A stretch of DNA of 64,000 bases, from contig JAWOCD010000075.1 in the NCBI GenBank assembly GCA_046483985.1, forward strand, positions 1-64,000, read 5' to 3'. A program made the position numbers and the translations under genes. The DNA is from Promethearchaeia archaeon (GTDB lineage Archaea > Asgardarchaeota > Lokiarchaeia > Sigyniarchaeales > SOKP01). The notes below the pieces were generated by a model that saw only the letters and a list, made by a program, of their open reading frames with translations, searched no databases and had not been told where the DNA came from. Positions within the stretch are counted from its first letter, which is position 1. Each line of letters starts with the position of its first letter. Of this stretch, positions 52,064-61,245 are shown piece after piece.

Positions 52064-52699
52064 TTGGTTCTTATGGATGACGAGAAATATTTACTTATTA
52101 TCGGCAACTCAAATGTAGGAAAATCCTCAATCACAAGGCTTTTACTCCCCCATCCTAAGCGATTTAAAGGAAAAACAGGAAAAAGTCCTGGCAGCACTTT
52201 GCAGATAAAACCCATTTTTCAGCATGGCATGTCATATAAAATTGTTGATCTGCCGGGATTTGGATATATGCGTCATTCAAGCAAGAGGAGAGAAGATCAT
52301 CTTAAGAAGCAGATTGTGGTCCATATTGAAAAAAAACATCATCGCTATTTTTTTGCCCTTGTGGTGATCAATATTCTGCGTATCGAAGATGAATTGGAAA
52401 AATACCATTATCTAAATCAAAAAACAATTCCTTTATCGTTTGAATTAATTAACTTTTTGCGCGAGTTTCAAATTCCCTTACTGGTCATAATGAATAAAAT
52501 AGATAAACTTAATAATTTCCATGTGAGACGGAGAATTCGCCTTTTTGTGAATACAGCCACCCAATATGGTTTAAATCTCCTTCATCTAGATGAATATCGT
52601 CACGAAGACGAAATAATTCCATATCTAGAATTCTCTGCCCTCAATAAAACGAATTTGGGAAAACTTAAGAAAGAACTCCACTATCGATTAACCCATTGA
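52064..52699 (+). CDS. engB: EngB/YihA-family GTP-binding protein
   Basis: GNSNVGKSS, GKSPGST, DLPGFGY, NKID, FSAL. Confidence 0.88.
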   Translation: MVLMDDEKYLLIIGNSNVGKSSITRLLLPHPKRFKGKTGKSPGSTLQIKPIFQHGMSYKIVDLPGFGYMRHSSKRREDHLKKQIVVHIEKKHHRYFFALVVINILRIEDELEKYHYLNQKTIPLSFELINFLREFQIPLLVIMNKIDKLNNFHVRRRIRLFVNTATQYGLNLLHLDEYRHEDEIIPYLEFSALNKTNLGKLKKELHYRLTH

Positions 52700-52853
52700 T
52701 TTAGAATTAATGCATTAATTGATAAAATCATCTTTTTTCTTCGGAGAACACTAAGATAATAAAAAAGTTTTATATATATTCCCTCTTTTAAAAATTAGTA
52801 AGGTTCCTTTTGTATAAAAATAATAGAATAACCTTAGAGGAAGAAAAGGATAC

Positions 52854-54095
52854 GTGACTAAGTATATTATCTTAATTTGTGACGGTGGGGCAGATTGGCC
52901 CATTGAAGAATTGGGAAATAAAACTATTTTTGAAGCCGCAAAGTTACCACATTTGGATTGGATTGCCACACACGGAAAAATGGGGATGTTAAAGACGATC
53001 CCGGAAGGAATGGCCCCGGGGAGTGAATGTGCAAACATGACAATCATGGGATATCGCCCAGAAAAGGATTTAACGGGGCGAGGGCCACTTGAAGCGTTAA
53101 GTGCTAAAGTACCATTAAACGATACCGATTTAGCTTTTCGGTGTAATTTTATTACCATAAAAAAAGGGATAATTGCTGATTATTCTTCTGGCCATATTAG
53201 TTCAGAAGAGTCAAAACCCATAATCGCTTCACTCCAATCAAAATTACATGATGAAGGGGTAGATTTTTTTCATGGTGTTCAATATAGACATATCTTGCGA
53301 CTGGACGGGGAAAGATTTTCTGCCAATATGGAACTGACCCCTCCTCACGATCAGTTAGGAGAACCGTATAGACAATTCTTGCCCCGCCCCCTAGATCCAG
53401 ATAATGGAAAAGCAGTGAAAACGGCGGCTTATCTTCGAAAACTTATAGAAAAAAGCCATGCTATCCTTGTAGATCATGAAATCAACAAAAAAAGACAAGC
53501 GGAAAATAAAGAAATGGCAACCCATATTTGGCCATGGAGCGGGGGAAAAAAACCCACCATTGAACCATTTGAACAAAAATTTGGGCTGAAAGGATCAGTA
53601 ATTTCTGCAGTAGACTTAATTTTTGGCTTAGGTATTGCCGCTGGAATGGATCCAATTCATGTGAAAGGTGCAACAGGATTGCCAAATACTAATTATTCGG
53701 GGAAGGTTTCTGCGGCGCTCAATGAATTAAGACAGAAAGATTTGGTCTACTTACATATAGAAGCCACCGATGAAATGGGTCATACTGGTATTCCACAAAA
53801 GAAGATAGCAGCGATTAAAGCCTTTGATCAATATATCGTTAAACCATTTATAGATGCTGAAGAAGAATTTAATAACCAGCTGGTTATTGCCGTGTTACCC
53901 GACCATCCGACCCCGTGCAAAATTAGAACCCACTCACGGGAACCCGTTCCCTTTGCAATCTATAATCCGGAAGATAACTCTAAAAACTTAAAACAACGTA
54001 ACTATACAGAAGAAGCTGGAAAAAAAGGGGAATATGGACTTATTCCTGATGGAGAACTGTTTATGCGGCTATTTTTAGGAAAAGAGGAAAAATAG
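52854..54095 (+). CDS. apgM: Cofactor-independent phosphoglycerate mutase (ApgM family)
   Basis: ICDGGAD, PGSE.AN, TGRGPLEA, DLAFRCN, HIEATDE.GH, PDHPTP, H..EPVP. Confidence 0.93.
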   Translation: MTKYIILICDGGADWPIEELGNKTIFEAAKLPHLDWIATHGKMGMLKTIPEGMAPGSECANMTIMGYRPEKDLTGRGPLEALSAKVPLNDTDLAFRCNFITIKKGIIADYSSGHISSEESKPIIASLQSKLHDEGVDFFHGVQYRHILRLDGERFSANMELTPPHDQLGEPYRQFLPRPLDPDNGKAVKTAAYLRKLIEKSHAILVDHEINKKRQAENKEMATHIWPWSGGKKPTIEPFEQKFGLKGSVISAVDLIFGLGIAAGMDPIHVKGATGLPNTNYSGKVSAALNELRQKDLVYLHIEATDEMGHTGIPQKKIAAIKAFDQYIVKPFIDAEEEFNNQLVIAVLPDHPTPCKIRTHSREPVPFAIYNPEDNSKNLKQRNYTEEAGKKGEYGLIPDGELFMRLFLGKEEK

Positions 54096-54105
54096 ACAAA
54101 AAAGG

Positions 54106-55395
54106 TTAGATTTCTGTGATTGTAGGATCCTTCTGTTTATCCCAATTAACCGCAAAAAGAAAGTCTCTACTTACTTCATTTTCATAAATTAAGGGAAAAT
54201 TACTGACTTCTTCTACTTTTTTGGCGTAATTTTTCAGATCATCGTAATCAGGAAAATAATAACTCGCCGGCTTTCCGGATTTTAATCTCTTATTAATACG
54301 TAGGGCTTTTGCTTGGAGCGTAAACCCTTTTATTTCAAGGAAATTGGGATTTGCTTTTTTGATTATTTTAACATATTCTTCAATATTTTTTTCTTTTATA
54401 TTAAGATTTTTTACTGCTGTTAGCCTGATCAATGTTCGACAGGGGAGTGTTTCGACTAAGTCCATTGTTTTCATAATTTTATTCCATCCCTCTTTTATCT
54501 TTGGACGGCACACTTTTTTATATTGTTTTTCATTGGATGCTGGCAGTGATATGTATAATTGAGATGGATAACTCTCCATTTGTTCGATTTTTTCCGGAAG
54601 AGTTCCATTAGTAACTATAAATGTTGTCATATCTCTATTTCTGAACTCCTTAACCAAGCTGGAAATATGGGGATACAAATAAGGCTCCCCATCCAAGGAA
54701 ATCGCTGCATGGTTTGGTCTCATTGCCTCTGAATGTATTTCCATTATCTCATCGGGGCTTGTTAACTCTCTGTTCATTAACAATTCTATTTCATGTCTAT
54801 CATCAATACTGTCCACAATATCTTCATCTAAAACATAATACTCATAATTCTTATCAACTGGTTTAATAAATCTCTGGTTTTTGAGAAGATTAAGAGCTCT
54901 ATTTATTTTAGTTTTGCTTGTATGTATATACTTCGATAATGAATCTATATTTTGTTTGCTTTTATTAATTATCATATAATGAATTATATCTATCATGATT
55001 TCATAATTATCAAGAAATCTTTTCAAGGGTAAATGGTTTTGGATTAAATTTTTTTGATGCCTTATCATTTCTTTTACGAGGTACTTTGGATCATCTGGTT
55101 CCACGGAGAATTCATTGCCTATAGTTTTATTCTCAACATCCCTCCAACAAAAGACACACTGATGGTTGCAAAACGCAAGGCTGGGTGTATTTTGTAAGCA
55201 TCGATGGCTTTCTACCCCGAATACTCCTTTATAACAATTACGGTTGTCTCTTCCGGTTAATAATTTTTGTTCAAGCCAATGACATGGCTTTATTGCGGAA
55301 TGGTGTTCTTTTCCGACTATTCGATAATTTGACTTTGTATAATCTTTAATGAACTCATTCGTAATTTTATGATTCTTGATATATTTTCTATTCAT
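54106..55395 (-). CDS. taw1: 4-demethylwyosine synthase Taw1/TYW1 (radical SAM) with internal wHTH-like insert
   Basis: HSAIK.C.W, CYK..FG..SHRC, CNHQCVFCWR, AISLDGEP, F.EIKG. Confidence 0.92.
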   Translation of the reverse strand: MNRKYIKNHKITNEFIKDYTKSNYRIVGKEHHSAIKPCHWLEQKLLTGRDNRNCYKGVFGVESHRCLQNTPSLAFCNHQCVFCWRDVENKTIGNEFSVEPDDPKYLVKEMIRHQKNLIQNHLPLKRFLDNYEIMIDIIHYMIINKSKQNIDSLSKYIHTSKTKINRALNLLKNQRFIKPVDKNYEYYVLDEDIVDSIDDRHEIELLMNRELTSPDEIMEIHSEAMRPNHAAISLDGEPYLYPHISSLVKEFRNRDMTTFIVTNGTLPEKIEQMESYPSQLYISLPASNEKQYKKVCRPKIKEGWNKIMKTMDLVETLPCRTLIRLTAVKNLNIKEKNIEEYVKIIKKANPNFLEIKGFTLQAKALRINKRLKSGKPASYYFPDYDDLKNYAKKVEEVSNFPLIYENEVSRDFLFAVNWDKQKDPTITEI

Positions 55396-55615
55396 GGAAA
55401 AGCCCGCCAGATTGATAACAATTCATATCTCCAAATAGTCTTTATAATATAATGAATTTTGTCTTTATACATTAAATTTGTTCTTAAAAATTATAAGTTC
55501 GGACGTTCCTTAAAAGCAAACTTATAAATTATAACATTATATCTCTAAAATATCAAGAAGATCAGAGTTTGAAAAATTAATTTAAACTTCATAAATTATC
55601 TTCTTATGATTACAA

Positions 55616-56470
55616 ATGTTTGATAAATTAAAAGCGGGCTTACTAAATGTAGGCATGAAATTCATTTCTGTCGATGAAAAGATTGTTCGAATGTTCTTTG
55701 AAACGAAACCATCCAGATTTAAAAAAATCGTTATAATGCCAGCAGTAAAATTTGTGATGAAGAAATTAATTGATGAGCTTGATTCTAAACGAAAACATGG
55801 AAGAGTCTTTAATGGGGTTCTCAACAATACACATGTTAGTATTGTCAGATCTCTGGTCGGAGCTCCTAATGCCGCTATTGCGATAGAATGTTTGAAAAGA
55901 TGTAATGTAGATACCATCATCCGTATTGATTTTTGTGGAGGGCTTGATAAGATCAATATTGGGGATATATTAATTCCAGAGAGAGCATATTGTGGGGATG
56001 GGACTTCACCCAATTATCTCATGAAGTATCCAACCATACGTCATCAATTAAATTGGACTGAAAATCCCTTCTACGAGGGAGATACGTCTAGACTAATAAG
56101 TGAGAGAACGTATCAAGTACTTCCGAATAAAAAGTTAATGAAACTATTTTTGACCCAATTTAGCCAATTAAAAAAAGTGAATTTATGGAGCACCGATGCT
56201 CTTTTTTGCGAAACTAATGAGTTCATTAACACGATAAAAAAACTTAATATTAATGCAGTGGATATGGAAACTTCCATCCTTTATTTACTGGGAAAAATCT
56301 ACAATATTAAAACAGTTTCTGTTCTATCTGTCTCCGACCTTCCCGGTCATGAAAAATATGATTTCTTGAAACAAAATAATATGCATCCGGATATGGAAAG
56401 GGGAATTAAAAATGCGATCAAGCTGCTAATTAAATTATTACCTAAGATCAGTAGGATTTCACGGGCTTAA
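55616..56470 (+). CDS. Nucleoside phosphorylase family protein (PNP/UDP_1)
   Basis: VGAPNAAI..E.L, IIRI..CGG, DGTS..Y, WSTDA...E, AVDMET, VSD. Confidence 0.85.
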   Translation: MFDKLKAGLLNVGMKFISVDEKIVRMFFETKPSRFKKIVIMPAVKFVMKKLIDELDSKRKHGRVFNGVLNNTHVSIVRSLVGAPNAAIAIECLKRCNVDTIIRIDFCGGLDKINIGDILIPERAYCGDGTSPNYLMKYPTIRHQLNWTENPFYEGDTSRLISERTYQVLPNKKLMKLFLTQFSQLKKVNLWSTDALFCETNEFINTIKKLNINAVDMETSILYLLGKIYNIKTVSVLSVSDLPGHEKYDFLKQNNMHPDMERGIKNAIKLLIKLLPKISRISRA

Positions 56471-56489
56471 AATTAAATTAGAACCCCTA

Positions 56490-57446
56490 CTATAATCCCA
56501 TTAAGAAGTTCGAGAAGTCGGGCTCTTGGAAAATTTCATTATAGGTCTTAAGCAATTCCAGATTAACGAGATAAATCTTATTGTTGGATTCATTTTCTGC
56601 TGATTTTATCAGATCCAACTTTTTTAATTTTTTTATATGATATTGCACAGTTCCAGGATATACATCGAGATTCTTCGCAATTGTAGAGATTGCAGTTGTT
56701 TCATCCTTGATAAATGATTTAATTATTTTATAATTCATCTCATCCAAGAAGATCGCTTTAAATTCATCCATTTCCTCTGGAACATCCGCGAGAAAGTAAT
56801 GCAGTTTACGTCCGATCTTTTTTGACCGGATTAATTCAAACCTCTCCAAGGTCATAATATGTTTTAAAAAAGGGGTCCGGGTAATATCTAATTCTTTTTC
56901 AATCTTTTCATCACGTGCATGAATTCCTGGATGTTTTTTAATAAAATCAAGAATTTCAGATAACTTTTCATTATTTAATATTTCTAATTTCGTCCTTCTC
57001 TCATTACTCACTATATAATTCTTCTCTTCTAAATCTCTGATTGTTAAAAATATCTTCCGTTTACTATATCCCTTATTATATGCGAGTTTCCCTATGCTTT
57101 TGGCATATAACTTCTCAATAATGGGGAAGTGCTGTAATTCTGCCGCAGAATTTAGATCAAGATCAAAACTGGAATCATAACGATTTAATTTTAAAATATC
57201 TTCTGCAATATCTAATATTTCTTTTTCAATTTCAGTTAAGTTTCCTTTAATTCGTTCTGCATCAATTGCTGATGGTTCTTCTTCACTCGCTTTATAAATA
57301 TCTTCTTCTCCGACTTCGACAGATTTTTCGATCGCTTCAGACCCTAAAGGTTCAAGGTCACTTTTTCTAAACTGACTTTCATTCAGAGGCTCTTTTTCCT
57401 TTTTTTCTTCCGATTCTTCGGATGGCTTTTCTTTCTCAAGCGACAT
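56490..57446 (-). CDS. Tandem winged-helix transcriptional regulator (ArsR-like)
   Basis: ILDFIKKHPGIH...H...LE...LI.S...GRK..YF and a second wHTH (IAKNL....GTVQYHIKKL...DLI). Confidence 0.8.
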   Translation of the reverse strand: MSLEKEKPSEESEEKKEKEPLNESQFRKSDLEPLGSEAIEKSVEVGEEDIYKASEEEPSAIDAERIKGNLTEIEKEILDIAEDILKLNRYDSSFDLDLNSAAELQHFPIIEKLYAKSIGKLAYNKGYSKRKIFLTIRDLEEKNYIVSNERRTKLEILNNEKLSEILDFIKKHPGIHARDEKIEKELDITRTPFLKHIMTLERFELIRSKKIGRKLHYFLADVPEEMDEFKAIFLDEMNYKIIKSFIKDETTAISTIAKNLDVYPGTVQYHIKKLKKLDLIKSAENESNNKIYLVNLELLKTYNEIFQEPDFSNFLMGL

Positions 57447-57476
57447 AAATAAATCTCTCCTGATTTTGGCACTTAT

Positions 57477-59018
57477 TTAAATAGCATGTTTTTCCAGAAA
57501 TTGAACGTATTCTATTTGCTCTTCTGGATTCATCGTTTTTAGTTTATTCACAATTTTTTGGTAATGCTTCTCTTTGAGATTAGGAAGGTTTCTAATTTTC
57601 ATTACCAATTTCTCCGGAATATCTTCTTTATACAAGTTAACTATTTCTTTCATATATCTTACTTGCTTTTCTTTAGAAAGGAAAGCAAGCTCTTTGAGAA
57701 GATCCCTTTTTTCCTCTCTGGGAATATCTAATTCATAGATTTGCTCTCTAATATCCCTTGATAAAATTGTAAAGATTTTTGAAAAGTATTTTTTGACTAC
57801 CTTTTTATCTTCTTTATCTTTTACGGGTAAAAGCGAGTCATGCAGTCTTAATTCTAGTTCCTTTTCTTTTTCTTTTCTTGCTTTTTTAAGATCCTTCTCT
57901 TCTGATTTCAATTCAGAAACTCGCCTTTGGACCTTGGCACTCTGAATTTTTTTCTTCCGATCTTTATATATTTTTTTCTCTCTCTTATTTTCTTTTCTTT
58001 GACCTGGAGTTGGCTTTTGTTTTTTTTGCTTTCCTTTTTTCTTTTTCTCTCCTTTTTGTACCCTATTCAAATAACTTTGTGATGGTTCTCCGAAGATTAG
58101 GAAAAAGATGAGAATTGACTTTAACATTATGAATATCCCAGCTGCAAAGAATAAAACGCCCAATATTCCTATAATGAGAAGACCGATTGAATCAAATATA
58201 TCATAATTCCATTTTTCCTTTAATTCCTTTCTATAATAAATATAATCTATTGTTAAAGCAACTGATGATAGCGCTAAGAATGTAATCAACGGGGCGAGAG
58301 GAAAATCCAGTGCTAATCCGGAAAAAAGAGCAGAAAATCTTAACAGAATTATAATTACTCCCCCCATAGCAGAAAAGTTATTAAAAGAATCTTTCATATA
58401 TAATCCGAAGTCAAATAGTTTCCTTTGTGGGTCCTCTGGATAAAACAACGCATAGAGAAAGACAAATATTCCTTTTATTAAAATTAAAGATCCGCTCCCA
58501 AGGATTATTGACCCCAAAATCCCCCAACAAAAAGCGTCAAGGACGACTTTTTCGAAGTTATTTGCTTTTATCTGCGGGGAAATATACTTTATATCATAAA
58601 GGGAGATTAATATTCCGCTCGTACCCAAAAAAATTCTTTCAGGGAGGGTTGAGATCCATAAATTAAACTCTATGATATCTGTTATTCCGATTAGGATTAA
58701 AATAGAAACTATGAATAAGGGAAAGAACGAGATTTTATTTAATATCTGAATTAACTTAATAAAGCCCTTTTTTTGATCCTCTGATAAGGGTTTAATCTCT
58801 CTTTCATGTTGATACTTCGGTTGTTTTTCTTCTTCCTTCTTGTTAAAATTCCTCTCTTTCAGTTTTATTCCTTCCAGCTCGAACGGCGTGCCACATTTTT
58901 CGCAATATACTTGAACCTTCTTTTCCAACAATTCAGATAACTCGGTGGAAAGGATATGCCCACATTCCTTACAAACGTATTTTTTTTTAGAGTTTCGTTT
59001 TTTCGACAACTTGCTCAC
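57477..59018 (-). CDS. Multi-pass membrane protein with N-terminal zinc ribbon and C-terminal helical repeats
   Basis: CKECG...CEKCG; duplicated TM block; Lys-rich linker. Confidence 0.75.
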   Translation of the reverse strand: MSKLSKKRNSKKKYVCKECGHILSTELSELLEKKVQVYCEKCGTPFELEGIKLKERNFNKKEEEKQPKYQHEREIKPLSEDQKKGFIKLIQILNKISFFPLFIVSILILIGITDIIEFNLWISTLPERIFLGTSGILISLYDIKYISPQIKANNFEKVVLDAFCWGILGSIILGSGSLILIKGIFVFLYALFYPEDPQRKLFDFGLYMKDSFNNFSAMGGVIIILLRFSALFSGLALDFPLAPLITFLALSSVALTIDYIYYRKELKEKWNYDIFDSIGLLIIGILGVLFFAAGIFIMLKSILIFFLIFGEPSQSYLNRVQKGEKKKKGKQKKQKPTPGQRKENKREKKIYKDRKKKIQSAKVQRRVSELKSEEKDLKKARKEKEKELELRLHDSLLPVKDKEDKKVVKKYFSKIFTILSRDIREQIYELDIPREEKRDLLKELAFLSKEKQVRYMKEIVNLYKEDIPEKLVMKIRNLPNLKEKHYQKIVNKLKTMNPEEQIEYVQFLEKHAI

Positions 59019-59184
59019 TTCCTTTCCTACTAATAAGATTATTTTCGCTTTTTATTTTTTTTCTTATGAACTTTATATCGCTAAATAGATGGTTTTCTAA
59101 CGAATATTGTTTTCTTATCTTAATAACCTCTTTCTTATAAGGAACATATAATTTTTTAATTATAAAATAAACGGAGACCAATCT

Positions 59185-60327
59185 TTAAGATTCATCATTT
59201 ATCTTTTCTTGAGTATTTACTCCTTCTGACAGATTCCTCTGCTCATGGTAATCAGATTTTTCCATCTGTTCTTCGAATTTTTTCATCTCTCTCCGATAAC
59301 CCCAGAACATTAATAATCCAAATACAGAGAAATAAAAGATTACCACTCCCAACATAAAGAGATAGTATTTTTCGGTGTAAGAAAGCATATAAAGGGCGAT
59401 CCCGATAATAAATCCCGTGAACAACCGTGATCTTGTATTTGCTTTTCGGATTAAGAGTCTCTGTAGTCCCCAATCCACTAATCCTGGAATAGGTAGAATT
59501 ATACAAATCAAGAGAGCAATTTCCGCCGTAATTTCTATACCCAATGTCGAATTGAGGAGATCTGAAAAAAAAGTGGTAAATATAGCACCTAAGATAAAAC
59601 CAGAACAACGTGTACATAAATATATATAGGTTCTACCGAACTTCAAGTAAAAGGTATGGTCAGATTGAGAGGGAGGATGATGTGTGAGCAATATAGTATA
59701 TATGTGTCTTTCTTTATTTGCTAATATTTTGTCATATAATACTAACAAAAAAGGGACAATAAAAATAACGGAGAGTAAGGACTGTAATAAGAAATTAAAT
59801 CCTACTTCGATGATAACATTATTGATATGAGTTTGAGATGTGGTTGATAGATTACCACTAATTATTAATACTCCTATGGTAATAAACGATGAAATTAACA
59901 AGGTTAGAAAACTGTAATACACTTTTTTTCCTTCATGAAATCTTAAAGGTTTGTACCTATAGATGGCGCAAGTTAACCCAAAAATAGGTATTGCCAAGAG
60001 CCATTCTATATAAAGAATATCGTAAAAGGCTAATTGGTATAATAATTCACCAAGAAGCCCCCCAAAAAATGCATGAACTGGCCCCGCCAAAACAGCAAGA
60101 AATACAAATATTAAAAGGGTAAAATTAAATGAAGGTGAGATTGATTCGCTATCGATAAAGCAAGTTGATACTGATCCAAATAAAGATGAGGTATAATAAT
60201 AAACCAACACAATGAAACTCGCAATTAAGATATTGAGGAATATCCTTCGAACTAATGATTGACTCCTATTTCCATTATCATGATCCGAAATTTCTTTTTC
60301 TTTTTGAGTTTGGTCCATAAAATACAC
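59185..60327 (-). CDS. ECF S-component-like domain fused to DUF2085-like membrane domain
   Basis: AVLAGP..AFFGGLLG (S-component pattern); HH...HTF....LCTRCSG...G, P..VDWG.Q, RLFTG (DUF2085 pattern). Confidence 0.7.
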   Translation of the reverse strand: MYFMDQTQKEKEISDHDNGNRSQSLVRRIFLNILIASFIVLVYYYTSSLFGSVSTCFIDSESISPSFNFTLLIFVFLAVLAGPVHAFFGGLLGELLYQLAFYDILYIEWLLAIPIFGLTCAIYRYKPLRFHEGKKVYYSFLTLLISSFITIGVLIISGNLSTTSQTHINNVIIEVGFNFLLQSLLSVIFIVPFLLVLYDKILANKERHIYTILLTHHPPSQSDHTFYLKFGRTYIYLCTRCSGFILGAIFTTFFSDLLNSTLGIEITAEIALLICIILPIPGLVDWGLQRLLIRKANTRSRLFTGFIIGIALYMLSYTEKYYLFMLGVVIFYFSVFGLLMFWGYRREMKKFEEQMEKSDYHEQRNLSEGVNTQEKINDES

Positions 60328-60424
60328 TAATATTATATTAAAAAAGTTAAATAAAATAGAAGTTGAAAAATTTTAAATGTTTTTTTAAATGAAATCATTT
60401 AAGAATAAATTAAAATAAAGAAAA

Positions 60425-61090
60425 TTAATTATATATCCTTTCTAGATTACCCAATAGTTCTTTTTTCGATTCTATAAAGCCCTTGCGCAAAACCTTTATA
60501 ATTATGTTTTTTCCAGTTGGAACTTTTAAAATAGAGGGATCTTCTTCTACTATTTTTATTCCTGCATCATTATAGCGCAATTGAGTGTTTAAAGCGTCGA
60601 GAGCTTCTTGTTTTGATTGATATACTGACTTTGTTAGGTCATCATAATCATCAACTTCGCTTTTTACCTTTAAAAACTTTACGACTTCCTCAACTTGAGT
60701 AATAAAGCAATCTTTTGTGATCCTTTTTAATTCATTAAAATCTTTATGGTTTTTTTTGCATTGCCGATAAGTTTGATCTCCTTTTAGATATTTGGGAAAA
60801 TACTCTTCTATTACCTTTTCCTTTTCATCCTCACTGATGCCGTTTTTCACGATTTTTCTTCCGCAATCTAAAGTAGCTTCAATTTGTTGCAATGTTCCTT
60901 CCTTAGCATCATTCTTACTCCAATAATCATAAAAAGATTTGACCACTGGTTTCACGAGGAAATTAAATAATCCTGCATCCAATTCCGCATCAATTAAAGA
61001 TTTACCGAACTTTAAGGAATGTTCCATCTGTTCAATCATTTTTTCTTGAATGATCTCATAATTTCTTTCTATATGACTCATCTTCATCAC
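60425..61090 (-). CDS. Hypothetical helical protein
   Basis: 221 aa ORF with normal composition; no motif recognised. Confidence 0.7.
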   Translation of the reverse strand: MMKMSHIERNYEIIQEKMIEQMEHSLKFGKSLIDAELDAGLFNFLVKPVVKSFYDYWSKNDAKEGTLQQIEATLDCGRKIVKNGISEDEKEKVIEEYFPKYLKGDQTYRQCKKNHKDFNELKRITKDCFITQVEEVVKFLKVKSEVDDYDDLTKSVYQSKQEALDALNTQLRYNDAGIKIVEEDPSILKVPTGKNIIIKVLRKGFIESKKELLGNLERIYN

Positions 61091-61245
61091 TCTTCAAAAA
61101 GCTATAATTTCTCATTTTAAAAAAATATAAAAATTCTATTATCCAATTAATTATAGTGAGAAAATATGAAATTTAAATTCATCCATAAAAGTAATATGTT
61201 TATTTTTATTACTTTGAGGTAGGATATAAAACAAGGGGCTATTTC

